This document shows positions 30,286 through 40,112 of a DNA stretch of 64,000 bases, in pieces. The notes beneath the pieces are model-generated. The model saw nothing but the letters and a program-made list of their open reading frames with translations. It had not been told where the DNA came from and ran no database searches. How positions within the stretch are numbered: position 1 is the first letter of the stretch; every line of letters starts with the position of its first letter. The translations under genes and the position numbers were made by a program. Source of the stretch: an uncultured Candidatus Saccharibacteria bacterium (GTDB taxonomy: Bacteria; Patescibacteriota; Minisyncoccia; Minisyncoccales; CSSED10-335); contig CAZPFW010000001.1 of the NCBI GenBank assembly GCA_964586065.1, positions 28,086 to 92,085 on the forward strand. The letters are read 5' to 3'.

Positions 30286-30462
30286 TTACCCTTGTCTGTA
30301 AAATCGTAACCAACCCCAAAAAAAAGTTTTTCCAAAAAAAATATGACCACACGATCTGCAAAAATATTCAGATAATTCAAACCGACGAAGCGGTCCAAGA
30401 ACTCTCGTAATACGCTTGGAGTAACATTTGGGACAAAATCTTTCTTTGAAAATTGTTATCAA
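30286..30462 (-). CDS. 58-aa zinc-ribbon microprotein (below ORF cutoff)
   Basis: Read manually: MITIFKERFCPKCYSKRITRVLGPLRRFELSEYFCRSCGHIFFGKTFFWGWLRFYRQG; TTG start after AAGGGGT. Confidence 0.6.
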   Translation of the reverse strand: MITIFKERFCPKCYSKRITRVLGPLRRFELSEYFCRSCGHIFFGKTFFWGWLRFYRQG

Positions 30463-30464
30463 TT

Positions 30465-31646
30465 TTACACCCCTTCTCTAAATGAACTGTCTTTTATTTT
30501 ACCCTTTTTTGCTTTTTTGTCAAATATCTTCCTTGATAGTCTTTTTCTTCTGAAAGAGTTTGAAAACCTATGAGCTTCATCTCTTATTCTTATTAAAAGA
30601 TTCAAGAAAGAAGGGCTGATATCTCCCTTTTTTGTTGATACGATTTTGTCGCCTCCATACTCTGATATTCCTAAAACGTCGATATCCAAGCCTCTCTTTG
30701 AGACGATCTCTTCGAAAGCTTTTACTTGAGCCATTCCTCCATCAACCAGAATAAGGTCCGGGTACTTCCACTCTTTTCGATTTAATCTTCTCTCCAAAAT
30801 CTCTCTAAGTGATCCAATATCATCGCCAGCCGAAGCTTTTTTTATTTTAAATAACCTATAGCCGTCTTTGTCAAAATCTCCATCTCTATACAAGACCATT
30901 GCTCCGACTTGCTCTTTCCCTCCAAAGTGAGATATGTCATAGCCTTCTATTCTTTTAAATTTATCAGTCTCTACTAAAAACTCATCTCTGTTTATCAAGA
31001 GAGAATCGTCTATCATTTCTATCAATTTTGCACGATTTGGAGAACTTTTTTTAAAAGCATCTTTGTCACCTTTGAGGAACAAGATCAGATCGTCAATTAT
31101 CTTCTGATAATCTTTCTTTGATATCTCTCCGGTACATTTGCCAGGACAAAGAGAAATTTGCCTGTGAAAACAAGGCCGACCCAATCCTTCTTTGCAGGTA
31201 CTGTAAGGAAAGACTTTTCTTATTAAAGAAAGAAGGTCTTTTGCTGTTTTAAAACTCTTAAAGGGTCCCAATTTAAATGAATCCTCTCTAAGTTGACGTT
31301 CTCTTTTCAACCTTGGATAAGGCCAGTCTGATTTTAAAATCTCAATATAGATGAAAGAGCGATCGTCTTTTTCTTTAATATTATATTTTGGTCTTTCTTT
31401 CTTTATTAAATTAACTTCACCGATAACGGAATCGATAAGGCTCGTTTTGATGATCTTGAGAGAAAAAGACTCTTTTAACAGAGCTTTTGCTTTCGGATCC
31501 GCCGATGCAAGATAACTCTTCAAACGCTCTTTAAGATTGACCGATCTGCCGATGTAAATTGGTTGATAGAGTTTATTTTTAAAAATATAAATTCCTGGCT
31601 CTTCGGGAGCGGACATTATCTTCTTTAAGACTTTTTCATCCGTCAT
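30465..31646 (-). CDS. uvrC: Excinuclease subunit C (compact)
   Basis: GIY-YIG (PGIY..YIG), Cys-rich region, RIEGYDISH, PDLILVDGG, RDEAHRF. Confidence 0.9.
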   Translation of the reverse strand: MTDEKVLKKIMSAPEEPGIYIFKNKLYQPIYIGRSVNLKERLKSYLASADPKAKALLKESFSLKIIKTSLIDSVIGEVNLIKKERPKYNIKEKDDRSFIYIEILKSDWPYPRLKRERQLREDSFKLGPFKSFKTAKDLLSLIRKVFPYSTCKEGLGRPCFHRQISLCPGKCTGEISKKDYQKIIDDLILFLKGDKDAFKKSSPNRAKLIEMIDDSLLINRDEFLVETDKFKRIEGYDISHFGGKEQVGAMVLYRDGDFDKDGYRLFKIKKASAGDDIGSLREILERRLNRKEWKYPDLILVDGGMAQVKAFEEIVSKRGLDIDVLGISEYGGDKIVSTKKGDISPSFLNLLIRIRDEAHRFSNSFRRKRLSRKIFDKKAKKGKIKDSSFREGV

Positions 31647-34114
31647 AATATCTTCTTTAAGTATTTTCCTGTCAGAGATTTTGGGTTTGAAGATATCTCC
31701 TTGGGTGTCCCCGTGGCAACAACTCTACCGCCCCTTTCTCCTCCTTCCGGACCAAAATCAATCACATAGTCCGCCGACCTTATTAGATGAAGATTGTGCT
31801 CTATCACTAAAACGGAGTTGCCTCTATCAATAAGTTTTTGAAGAATCTTAATCAAAAGATTTATGTCGTGATAATGAAGCCCTGTAGTCGGTTCATCAAG
31901 AAGATAGAGTGTTCTTGAAGAGGTATTGGAGAGTTCTTTGGCCAACTTAATCCTTTGAGCTTCTCCGCCTGAAAGAGTCGGAGCATTTTGGCCCAACTTC
32001 AGATAACCCAACCCGATCTCTTCTAATAATTTAAGTTTTTGAGCCACAAGGTAAATTTCATGAAAAAAATCAAGAGCTTCGCTTATGGTCATATCCAAAA
32101 CCTCAGATATATTTTTTCCTTTATAAGAGATGTTCAATACCTCTCTATTAAACCTCTTTCCGTGACAAACATCACACTGGACCAATATTGAAGGCAAAAA
32201 ATGCATCTCTATAAAGTTAGCCCCGGCCCCTCTGCAAGCCTCACATCGTCCGCCTTTTACATTGAAAGAGAAGTAGTTCTTGCCATAACCTCTTTTTCTT
32301 GCCTCTTCCGTGTTGGCATACAAGTCTCTCAATGGTCCAAGAATCTTGGTGTATGTGGCCGGATTTGATCGAGGAGTTCTGCCAATCGGGCTTTGATTCA
32401 CCTCGATCACTCTTCTCAATTCTTCCAAACCGACAATATCAGAAACGTTTTTAAGATTCTTTTTGCCGAACCTATTCATCAAGATGGATGAATTTTTATA
32501 AAGCACTTCCATGAAACTTGACTTTCCTCCGCCCGAGACTCCGCTGATAACAACAAATTTTTTTAAAGGAATCTCAACATCGATATTCTTCAAGTTGTTC
32601 AGTCGCGCTCCGATTACTTTTATTTTTTTAGTTTTTTTATCCCTCTCTTTTCCTAAATCAATTTTCTTGTCACCCCTGATATAATCCAAAGTCAATGATT
32701 TTTTCTCATTATTGGTTACTAAATCAAATGTCTTGCCGGAGACAACAACTTCTCCGCCTAAAACTCCGGCTCTTGGTCCCAAATCGACCAGATGGTCCGA
32801 TTCTGCAATCACTCTTTCATCATGTTCTACAACAATCACCGTGTTCCCTAAGTCACGAAGATTCTTTAACGTTTTTATCAATTTCTCATTATCTCTTTCA
32901 TGGAGCCCTATTGTTGGCTCATCAAGCACATAGAGAGTCCCTGAAAGCTTGGATCCGATTTGACTGGCCAATCTTATTCTTTGAGCTTCACCCCTTGAAA
33001 GAGTTGACGCTTCTTGATTTAGGAGAATGTAATCAAGTCCAACTTCAAGCAAGAAATCGAGTCTTGATACGATTTCGGGTAAAAGATTTTCAGAGATTTT
33101 CGCTTCCTTCTCATCTAATTCCAAATTATTGAAAAAAGATAGCGCAGACTTAACATCCAAAGAAGCTATATCCCAGATATTCTTATCATTAATCTTCACA
33201 AAAAGAGCTTCTTTTCTCAATCTTTGACCCATACAAACAGGACATTTCTCTTTTGAAAAAAATGATTTTCTGCCGAGTCCTTGGCAAATCTTGCAAGCTC
33301 CATGAGGGCTATTGAAAGAAAACAGTCTTGGTTCAATTTCTTCAAAAGAGAATCCATCACGAGAGCAAGACCATCTTGAAGAGAGAACTTTCTCTTCACC
33401 ATCTAATAAGAATCCGGCTAATCCGTCACTATATGAAAGAGCCGCTTCTATCGCTTCAAAGAGTCGAGTTTCATCTCTTCTATCCGATATAAGATCGATT
33501 ATTATGTCAATATCATGACTCTTGTATTTTGATAAAATAATTCTCTCGTGAAGTGATTTTATCTCTCCGTCAATTCTTGCTTGAGAATAGCCTTTATGCA
33601 AAAAGTCGTATAAGAGTTGATAATATTCACCCTTTCTCCCTCTCACTACCGGAGAAAAAACCACGATCTCTTTAGCATTACTTAAGTTAATGATCTTGAA
33701 CATCTCTTCAATGGTCAGTTTCTTGATCTCTTTACCACAATCGGGACAATAAGGATGACCCACTCTCGCCCATAAAACTCGCATAAAATCATACACTTCC
33801 GTCAAGGTTGCTACTATCGATCTCGGATTATGTGAAAGTGATTTTTGATTTATCGCTATCGCCGGAGATAACCCGATTATCTCATCAACATCGGGCCGAT
33901 CCATTTGACCCATAAATTGCCGTGCGTACGGAGATAGAGAGTCGATATAACGCCTTTGCCCTTCGGCAAAAATCGTATCAAAAGCCAAGCTTGATTTTCC
34001 GCTTCCAGAGACTCCCGTAAAAACAATAAGTTCATTTTTTGGAATATCAAGATTTATGCTTTTAAGATTATGTGTTCTTGCTCCCCTTATTTTTATCACT
34101 TCATTCATTCTCAA
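31643..34114 (-). CDS. uvrA: Excinuclease subunit A
   Basis: GVSGSGKSSLAFDT, two ABC ATPase halves, zinc fingers; start possibly the second Met (34108). Confidence 0.97.
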   Translation of the reverse strand: MRMNEVIKIRGARTHNLKSINLDIPKNELIVFTGVSGSGKSSLAFDTIFAEGQRRYIDSLSPYARQFMGQMDRPDVDEIIGLSPAIAINQKSLSHNPRSIVATLTEVYDFMRVLWARVGHPYCPDCGKEIKKLTIEEMFKIINLSNAKEIVVFSPVVRGRKGEYYQLLYDFLHKGYSQARIDGEIKSLHERIILSKYKSHDIDIIIDLISDRRDETRLFEAIEAALSYSDGLAGFLLDGEEKVLSSRWSCSRDGFSFEEIEPRLFSFNSPHGACKICQGLGRKSFFSKEKCPVCMGQRLRKEALFVKINDKNIWDIASLDVKSALSFFNNLELDEKEAKISENLLPEIVSRLDFLLEVGLDYILLNQEASTLSRGEAQRIRLASQIGSKLSGTLYVLDEPTIGLHERDNEKLIKTLKNLRDLGNTVIVVEHDERVIAESDHLVDLGPRAGVLGGEVVVSGKTFDLVTNNEKKSLTLDYIRGDKKIDLGKERDKKTKKIKVIGARLNNLKNIDVEIPLKKFVVISGVSGGGKSSFMEVLYKNSSILMNRFGKKNLKNVSDIVGLEELRRVIEVNQSPIGRTPRSNPATYTKILGPLRDLYANTEEARKRGYGKNYFSFNVKGGRCEACRGAGANFIEMHFLPSILVQCDVCHGKRFNREVLNISYKGKNISEVLDMTISEALDFFHEIYLVAQKLKLLEEIGLGYLKLGQNAPTLSGGEAQRIKLAKELSNTSSRTLYLLDEPTTGLHYHDINLLIKILQKLIDRGNSVLVIEHNLHLIRSADYVIDFGPEGGERGGRVVATGTPKEISSNPKSLTGKYLKKIL

Positions 34115-35921
34115 TATCTATAAGATTTAATATTTCTTTCTTTATTCCTTTTGGTTTCACTCCGTTTTTTCTATTATACTCTTCTTGAATGAATCTTCTT
34201 CTTTGGGCTTCATCCATTCCGGCTTTCATTGAACCAGTTATCCTGTCCGCATAGATAATCACCTTGCCTTTCAGATTTCTTGCAGCTCTCCCCATTAATT
34301 GAATTAAGCTTGTTCTGCTCCTTAAAAAACCTTCCCTGTCAGCATCAAGAATCGCAACCATTGAAACCTCGGGAAGATCAAGACCTTCTCTTAAAAGATT
34401 AACACCGATCAGTATATTGAATTCTCCTTTTCTAAAGTCAGTTAACATCTCGGCTCTTTTCAATGTTTTTGTATCGGAGTGCATAAAGTTTGATTTAAAG
34501 CCTTTTTCTTTTAAGAATTGATCCAACTCTTCGGCCGTACGTTTGGTTAGGGTGTTTATTATCATTTTACCTTCTCCTAAATGTTTGGCTTCTTCCATAA
34601 GATCGTCTATTTGACTCTTATTTTTTTCCTTATCAAAAACGGGCCTGATCTCTATTTCGGGATCCACCAAGAAGGTGGGTCTTATTATTTGTTCAATGAT
34701 TCTTACCGATTTCTCCATCTCAAACTTACCCGGGGTAGCCGAAAGAAAAAGTATAGGACCGACTCTTTCTAAGAATTCATTAAATTTAAGGGGTCTGTTA
34801 TCTAAGGCCGAAGGAAGTCTGAAACCATACTCGATTAAGACCTCTTTTCTTGATTTATCTCCTTCATACATTCCCCTTATTTGAGGTATAGTAATGTGAG
34901 ATTCGTCTATAATTGTCAAGAAATCCGGCTCGCCTCCTTTTTGAGGGAAATACGATAAGAGAGAATCTGGTGGTTCTCCAGGAAGTTTCCCTGTCAAATG
35001 TCTTGAGTAATTTTCGATACCGTGACAATAACCCAAAGTTTCAAGAAGGGCCATGTCATTTTCGGTTCTCCTCTGAAGCCTTTCTGCTTCCAACCATTTC
35101 CCTTCCTTTTTAAAAGAAGAAACTCTCTCTTTCAATTCTTTCTTTATATCATCAATTGCTCTTTCTCTTTCGGGCTTTGTCGAGATAAAATGCTTGGATG
35201 GGAAGATTACTGTTTTCTTAAGTCGCTCTTTAATAGATCTAGTGTTCTCATCAATAATCGATATAGAGGTTATATTGGTTTTATCAAGTTCCACTCTATA
35301 GATTATCTCTCCCGAGGCTGGTCTTATCTCAAACAAATCTCCTCTTACTCGGAAAGTTCCTCTGATCAAATCCCCTTTAGTCCTCTCAAAGTTAATCCTT
35401 ACTAATTGTGAAATAAGATCATCTCTTTTTATCAAATCACCAATTGATAAGTAAACGGCTGACTCAAAATAATTGGAAGGAAGACCTAAGTTGTAGATAC
35501 AAGAAACTGAAGCCACAACTATCGTATCATTTCGTGACAAGAGTGATGAAGTGGTGCTGTGTCTCATTCTATCAATCTCTTCATTTATCATCGATTCTTT
35601 CCCGATATAGGTATCGCTTGATGGGATGTAGGCTTCGGGTTGGTAATAGTCATAATAAGAGACAAAATAACAAACTCTGTTTTCGGGAAAGAAAGATTTA
35701 TATTCTCGATAGAGTTGAGCCGCCAGAACTTTATTTGGAGCAATGACCAGGGTCGGCTTTTTAAAATCGGCAATAATATTTGATGCGACAAATGTTTTAC
35801 CCGAACCGGTGACACCTAAAAGAGTTTGGAAGCGGTTATTGTTTTCCAAACTTTTATCAATCTCTTGTATCGCCTTCGGTTGATCGCCGGCAGGGTTGAA
35901 TTTTGAAACCAATTTAAACAT
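34101..35921 (-). CDS. uvrB: Excinuclease subunit B
   Basis: PAGDQP, GVTGSGKT, YYDYYQPE, NLLREGLDLPEV. Confidence 0.97.
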   Translation of the reverse strand: MFKLVSKFNPAGDQPKAIQEIDKSLENNNRFQTLLGVTGSGKTFVASNIIADFKKPTLVIAPNKVLAAQLYREYKSFFPENRVCYFVSYYDYYQPEAYIPSSDTYIGKESMINEEIDRMRHSTTSSLLSRNDTIVVASVSCIYNLGLPSNYFESAVYLSIGDLIKRDDLISQLVRINFERTKGDLIRGTFRVRGDLFEIRPASGEIIYRVELDKTNITSISIIDENTRSIKERLKKTVIFPSKHFISTKPERERAIDDIKKELKERVSSFKKEGKWLEAERLQRRTENDMALLETLGYCHGIENYSRHLTGKLPGEPPDSLLSYFPQKGGEPDFLTIIDESHITIPQIRGMYEGDKSRKEVLIEYGFRLPSALDNRPLKFNEFLERVGPILFLSATPGKFEMEKSVRIIEQIIRPTFLVDPEIEIRPVFDKEKNKSQIDDLMEEAKHLGEGKMIINTLTKRTAEELDQFLKEKGFKSNFMHSDTKTLKRAEMLTDFRKGEFNILIGVNLLREGLDLPEVSMVAILDADREGFLRSRTSLIQLMGRAARNLKGKVIIYADRITGSMKAGMDEAQRRRFIQEEYNRKNGVKPKGIKKEILNLIDIENE

Positions 35922-35995
35922 AAAAAAAAAGAAAACTCCCCCAAAGAAAGATACTGGGGTTGCCGTTATTATACCCTATATTACAAGAAATTCAA
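35922..35995 (-). promoter_or_regulatory. uvrB promoter with terminator-like leader
   Basis: TTGAAT-16-TATAAT (35995-35968), then a CCCCA/TGGGG stem and TTTTCTTTTTTTTT directly before the ATG. Confidence 0.55.
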
Positions 35996-36003
35996 GGAGT
36001 CTT

Positions 36004-36300
36004 TTACTTGGGCAATTCTTTCTTATCTCCAGATTTTATTCTACGAGTGACTCCTGGAGAAGAGACAACGAGAAAAGAGTTTTTTTCTATCATATCTTCT
36101 TTCTCCAAAACAGGATCTATCATCCTTGATATCTTGGCACAATCATCCAACGTCACTAAATCATCAGAATCTTTTGCGTCTATTGAAACAACCAGGGAAG
36201 GTTTTCCTTCAAAACTCTCAAAAGACACGCTTTTGAGAAGAAGATTTTCTTTCTCTACCAACGGTTTTATAACTTTTATTATATCTTTTTTATTTTTCAT
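36004..36300 (-). CDS. rimP: RimP N-terminal domain-only protein
   Basis: LVVSID..VTLDDCAKISR..L.VSSPG; C-terminal domain absent. Confidence 0.8.
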   Translation of the reverse strand: MKNKKDIIKVIKPLVEKENLLLKSVSFESFEGKPSLVVSIDAKDSDDLVTLDDCAKISRMIDPVLEKEDMIEKNSFLVVSSPGVTRRIKSGDKKELPK

Positions 36301-36521
36301 TGTTTTTCAATTTTAATAAGTTTGTTTGAAGAAGTTTTACCCGATAATATCTTAATACTTGATATTGGTGACTTAAAATGCTTCGATAATATTTTTATCA
36401 ATTCTTTGTTGGCTTTTCCTTTCACCGGTCTCTCTTTCAGATAAACCGTGTACTTTGAATCATCCGTCTTTTCAATTATTGTTTCTCTTGGATTGAATTT
36501 AACTTTAATGGATATTATCAT
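36297..36521 (-). CDS. DUF167/YggU family protein
   Basis: PVKGKANKELIKILS..F, ILSGKTSSNK; start set to 36521. Confidence 0.85.
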   Translation of the reverse strand: MIISIKVKFNPRETIIEKTDDSKYTVYLKERPVKGKANKELIKILSKHFKSPISSIKILSGKTSSNKLIKIEKQ

Positions 36522-36943
36522 TTTGAGGATGAGAAGTAAAACGGTTTTCCGTTGGATAACCAATCAAATATTCCGTTCTTGATGAAAAAAGGAAGAAGAT
36601 TGATTTCGTCTATTTTTTCAATAGGGATCAAATCAAATTCGAGATGATCCTCTTTGCTTTTCGTTTCATCGTGAAGTTTATCTTCTCTTGCTTCATAGAT
36701 TAAGCTGATCTCCCATATCTCTTCCCCATCTTGTATAAAGTGAGATTCGATTATTCCGGCAAAAGACAATGATTTAATATCAGAGCCTCTTTCTTCTTTC
36801 AATTCTCTTATCAAAGCTTCTTTTGAGTTCTCCCCGTCATCGACGTGTCCTCCAGGTAAAAACCAATAATCCTTATCTTTTCTTCTGCAAAGAAGAATCT
36901 TGTTTTCTTTGATGATAATCGCCCTTGATACTGTTTCTCTCAT
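36518..36943 (-). CDS. NUDIX hydrolase
   Basis: LPGGHVDDGE..ALIRELKEE. Confidence 0.92.
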   Translation of the reverse strand: MRETVSRAIIIKENKILLCRRKDKDYWFLPGGHVDDGENSKEALIRELKEERGSDIKSLSFAGIIESHFIQDGEEIWEISLIYEAREDKLHDETKSKEDHLEFDLIPIEKIDEINLLPFFIKNGIFDWLSNGKPFYFSSSK

Positions 36944-36984
36944 CTGTCAACTTAAAATTATTTTATAAATAAAAAAGCTCCAAT

Positions 36985-37146
36985 TTATATTGGAGCCTTG
37001 GAGGGTTTTAACTTTTCTCTCTCTAACTTCTCTCTGCATTCACCACAAATTTGAATATGTAAAATCGCATACTCTGTTGAGTTTTTTTTATCTTGAACCA
37101 ATTGATAAATCTCCTCTTGGCTTAGATGAAGTAATTCGTTTTTCAT
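36985..37146 (-). CDS. 53-aa zinc-binding anti-sigma (ZAS/zf-HC2)-like microprotein (below ORF cutoff)
   Basis: Read manually: MKNELLHLSQEEIYQLVQDKKNSTEYAILHIQICGECREKLEREKLKPSKAPI; SD AAGGAGGT; terminator 36971-36996. Confidence 0.72.
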   Translation of the reverse strand: MKNELLHLSQEEIYQLVQDKKNSTEYAILHIQICGECREKLEREKLKPSKAPI

Positions 37147-37169
37147 TAAAGAACCTCCTTTACCTCTTT

Positions 37170-38090
37170 TCAGGGTAAATACTTTCTACTTATTATTTTT
37201 ATATTGTCAAGTGTTTTGTCTCCTAAAATCTCTTCTCCTGAAGAAAATCCGTCATCTTCTTTCATTCTTGAAACTTCGGATATAATGGAAAGCAAGCCTT
37301 CGACTTCACTTGTATCTTTTTCTTTTTCACTAAGGATCGATTTATACATTTGAAGTTGAACTTCCGCTTGCTCAAAAAAGACCTTTTGAATCGGATGACG
37401 TGAGAGTTTTTCCCTCAACCAACGCCTTTCATCTCTCAATTCCTTATTGTTTCGTTTCTCCAAAGAAATCAATTCTGAAAAGATGTCAAAAACTCTGTCA
37501 GCATTTTGACGATCGGCTCCGATCACTATCGGAATCAACCCTTTCAATTCTCCTTTGAAATAGTTTCCGTTGGAATCATTAATTTGGGATTCAAAATATT
37601 TAACTTCCAACGGCCAAAAATCTTCAGTAACTCTTCTGATATTTCTTTTAATTTTTCTCTCCATATGATCAATCTCAGAAGTGGTTGACGCATCAACGGC
37701 CAAAGCGACTCTTTCTATCTCATCTTCACGATCAAACTCTATAATCATATCAACTCCCCTCAAAACATCATCGTAACGGGATGTTTGAACTGGCATCGCT
37801 TCGGGACCAAACCACTCTCCGTTGTACACTTGGTCAACCAAGAGAACCTCAAAAGCTTGACCTCTCTTTTCATTAAGATCAGCCACTTCTCTTTCAAAGG
37901 GAGACATCTTGCCCTTTTTATCCTCTATTCTTTTTTCGGCCAATTGAAGATGCTTTAAATCTTTTAATATCTCCTTCTCTGGATAAGTGTCTGTAAAATC
38001 AAGAGGTTCGGGTCTTTCAAGCTTCCTACCATAATCCAAAACATTTTCTATGTTTTGAAGTTCCCCTATTCTTTCAGTTTCATAATTCAT
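37170..38090 (-). CDS. Hypothetical protein, possible restriction-like fold
   Basis: Long ORF with E..DD..GVD..D acidic motif; function not recognised. Confidence 0.7.
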   Translation of the reverse strand: MNYETERIGELQNIENVLDYGRKLERPEPLDFTDTYPEKEILKDLKHLQLAEKRIEDKKGKMSPFEREVADLNEKRGQAFEVLLVDQVYNGEWFGPEAMPVQTSRYDDVLRGVDMIIEFDREDEIERVALAVDASTTSEIDHMERKIKRNIRRVTEDFWPLEVKYFESQINDSNGNYFKGELKGLIPIVIGADRQNADRVFDIFSELISLEKRNNKELRDERRWLREKLSRHPIQKVFFEQAEVQLQMYKSILSEKEKDTSEVEGLLSIISEVSRMKEDDGFSSGEEILGDKTLDNIKIISRKYLP

Positions 38091-38091
38091 C

Positions 38092-38785
38092 TCATTGCGT
38101 GTTAATGATCGTGCCTGACATTCTAAGATAATCCGCTTTATTTATCTTCTTTTGAGCTAACAGATTATTAAGCCCCGTCAGATATTGATATTCTATCTGA
38201 GTCGCTATAAGAGCGTGGTCATAAATACGAACATCATCTATGAAGCCGTTGAAATATCTCGGAGAAGAAGTTCTATAAGCGAAACCGATTCTTAATATTT
38301 CGTCTGTAGAAATTATATCAGATGTGGATTTAACCGATGCTTCTTTTTTACCATTTATATAGACACTGTGCTCGGAGCCATTAAGAGTTACAACGACATG
38401 ATACCAATTTTGAGGAGATATTATTGACAAATCAGTGTCTACTCCAGAATTATTACTAATCCTTGATCTGATCCCTCCTGTACCGCCGCTTACAGCACTT
38501 CTTAGCCTCATTTCATAACCTTTATTTGTATCCATTGGATCATCTTTCCCAATGATTCCATAGTACCTCTCGTTATCGGCTATGGAAAACGGAAAGATCC
38601 ATGCAGACAAAGTTATCTGATTTCCCGCAATGTCGAAGCTGTCGCCTTTTCCACAATTCTCTGGCTCCTGTCAGATTGGAGAAGACTATGCTGGCTAAAA
38701 GGGCTAAGACTGCTACTACTACAAGTAGTTCTACAAGGGTGAAGGCTTTGGAAAGATTTTTATTACAATCCTTTCTAAGAATCAT
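38092..38785 (-). pseudogene. Type IV pilin N-terminus + LamG domain gene, internally deleted and frameshifted
   Basis: KAFTLVELLVVVAVLALLASIV..GARE in one frame; NCGKGDSFDIAGNQITLSAWI..WYHVV..FNGFIDDVRIY in another; junction near 38658. Confidence 0.8.
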
Positions 38786-38817
38786 TTCTGTTGACCAAAG
38801 CTTAGTTGATTTGGGTA

Positions 38818-39216
38818 TTATTCCGTAGTTACTCCGTCAAAATGATCACCTTCATCACTTAGAGCATCTTCTTTGGTTACATGAACAATTCCATCTTTAT
38901 GCTCTGGTGGAGAGTAGACAGTGTAAAGTTTAAGCGGTTCATCTTGAGAAGTGTTGATTATATTATGACTCGCTCCCGCCGGAACAACTATTGCAAAATC
39001 GTCTTCAACTTGATGTTCCACTCCATCAAGAACAGCTTTACCTTCTCCTTTTTCGATTCTTATAAACTGATCGAGATCATGCACCTCCTCTCCGATATCG
39101 TCACCGGGAAGAATACTCATTACAACCAATTGACTGTTTTTACCTGTATAGAGAACTTTCCTGAAATTATCATTCTCTTTTGTGGCATCTTCAATATTAA
39201 CAACGTATCCCTTCAT
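38818..39216 (-). CDS. Cupin domain protein
   Basis: NFRKVLYT, IGEEVH..DQF, YSPPEH. Confidence 0.92.
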   Translation of the reverse strand: MKGYVVNIEDATKENDNFRKVLYTGKNSQLVVMSILPGDDIGEEVHDLDQFIRIEKGEGKAVLDGVEHQVEDDFAIVVPAGASHNIINTSQDEPLKLYTVYSPPEHKDGIVHVTKEDALSDEGDHFDGVTTE

Positions 39217-39275
39217 TTTTTTATTAATTACTTAATAATCTGCTTTAGCTTAGCAACTTGATAAGATAATTGCAA

Positions 39276-40112
39276 TCAGAAGAAAGGATTAAAATCAATT
39301 TTTTCTGTGTAGCTTTTCCAAATACCGGGACAAATTTCATAAAACTTACAATCGGAGCAAAGATCACTTTTCATTTTATCAAATTCAACTTCACGATAGC
39401 TTTTCGGAAGCAGCCACTCTGCAGCATAATGATAATCTGATTTCAGTAAACAAAAAGGAACAGCCTCAAAAAAAACTTTCACTTTTTCTGAATTATAATT
39501 TAATGCTTTTTCAAGAGACGGTATCATTTCTTTCAGATTTGGAATCATTTCCGGATTTTCATCCACCCTCCCTTTAGGATGTAGCAGGCTGAATTGAAGA
39601 GTAAAAATTCCCTTCTTTATCAAAAATCTTGCGATTCGATCAAGAATCTTGGCATTCGGCTTTGTAATGACCGTATTAGTTCTAACGTTAATTCCCAATG
39701 AGATCAGATTTTCTATGCCTAAGATTGATTGATCAAAACTTCCTTTTGAATTGGTTATCTTCTCATGAATATCAGCATTATCTCCGTGAATTGAGAGAAA
39801 GATGTCAATAATTGGAAAAGAAGATACTTTTTTTGTAAAGTTGATATCCGAGAATCTTCTTCCATTGGTCTGTATATGGATAGGTGAGAACCCGAACCCA
39901 GCGCAAGCTTCAATTATACTTAAAAAATCATTCATTAAAGTCGGCTCACCGCCGGTCAATATTATCTCCTTACATCCGTTTTTTGAGAGATCTTTTAACT
40001 GTTTTTTCATATCCGAAACGCTCATTTCTTTTATCTCTTCTTTAGCCCTTGCGCAGATCAAACAATCGTTATTGCATTCTTTGCTTGAGATGATATTTAC
40101 AAGTTCTTTCAT
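39276..40112 (-). CDS. Radical SAM protein with C-terminal Cys cluster (HxsC-like)
   Basis: CNNDCLIC, TGGEPT, QTNGRR, C-terminal CSDC..ICPG; start set to ATG 40112 (ATGA overlap). Confidence 0.85.
   Translation of the reverse strand: MKELVNIISSKECNNDCLICARAKEEIKEMSVSDMKKQLKDLSKNGCKEIILTGGEPTLMNDFLSIIEACAGFGFSPIHIQTNGRRFSDINFTKKVSSFPIIDIFLSIHGDNADIHEKITNSKGSFDQSILGIENLISLGINVRTNTVITKPNAKILDRIARFLIKKGIFTLQFSLLHPKGRVDENPEMIPNLKEMIPSLEKALNYNSEKVKVFFEAVPFCLLKSDYHYAAEWLLPKSYREVEFDKMKSDLCSDCKFYEICPGIWKSYTEKIDFNPFF

Noticed and set aside
36990-37178. 62-aa plus-strand ORF
   Set aside because: Shadow of the ZAS microprotein on the opposite strand
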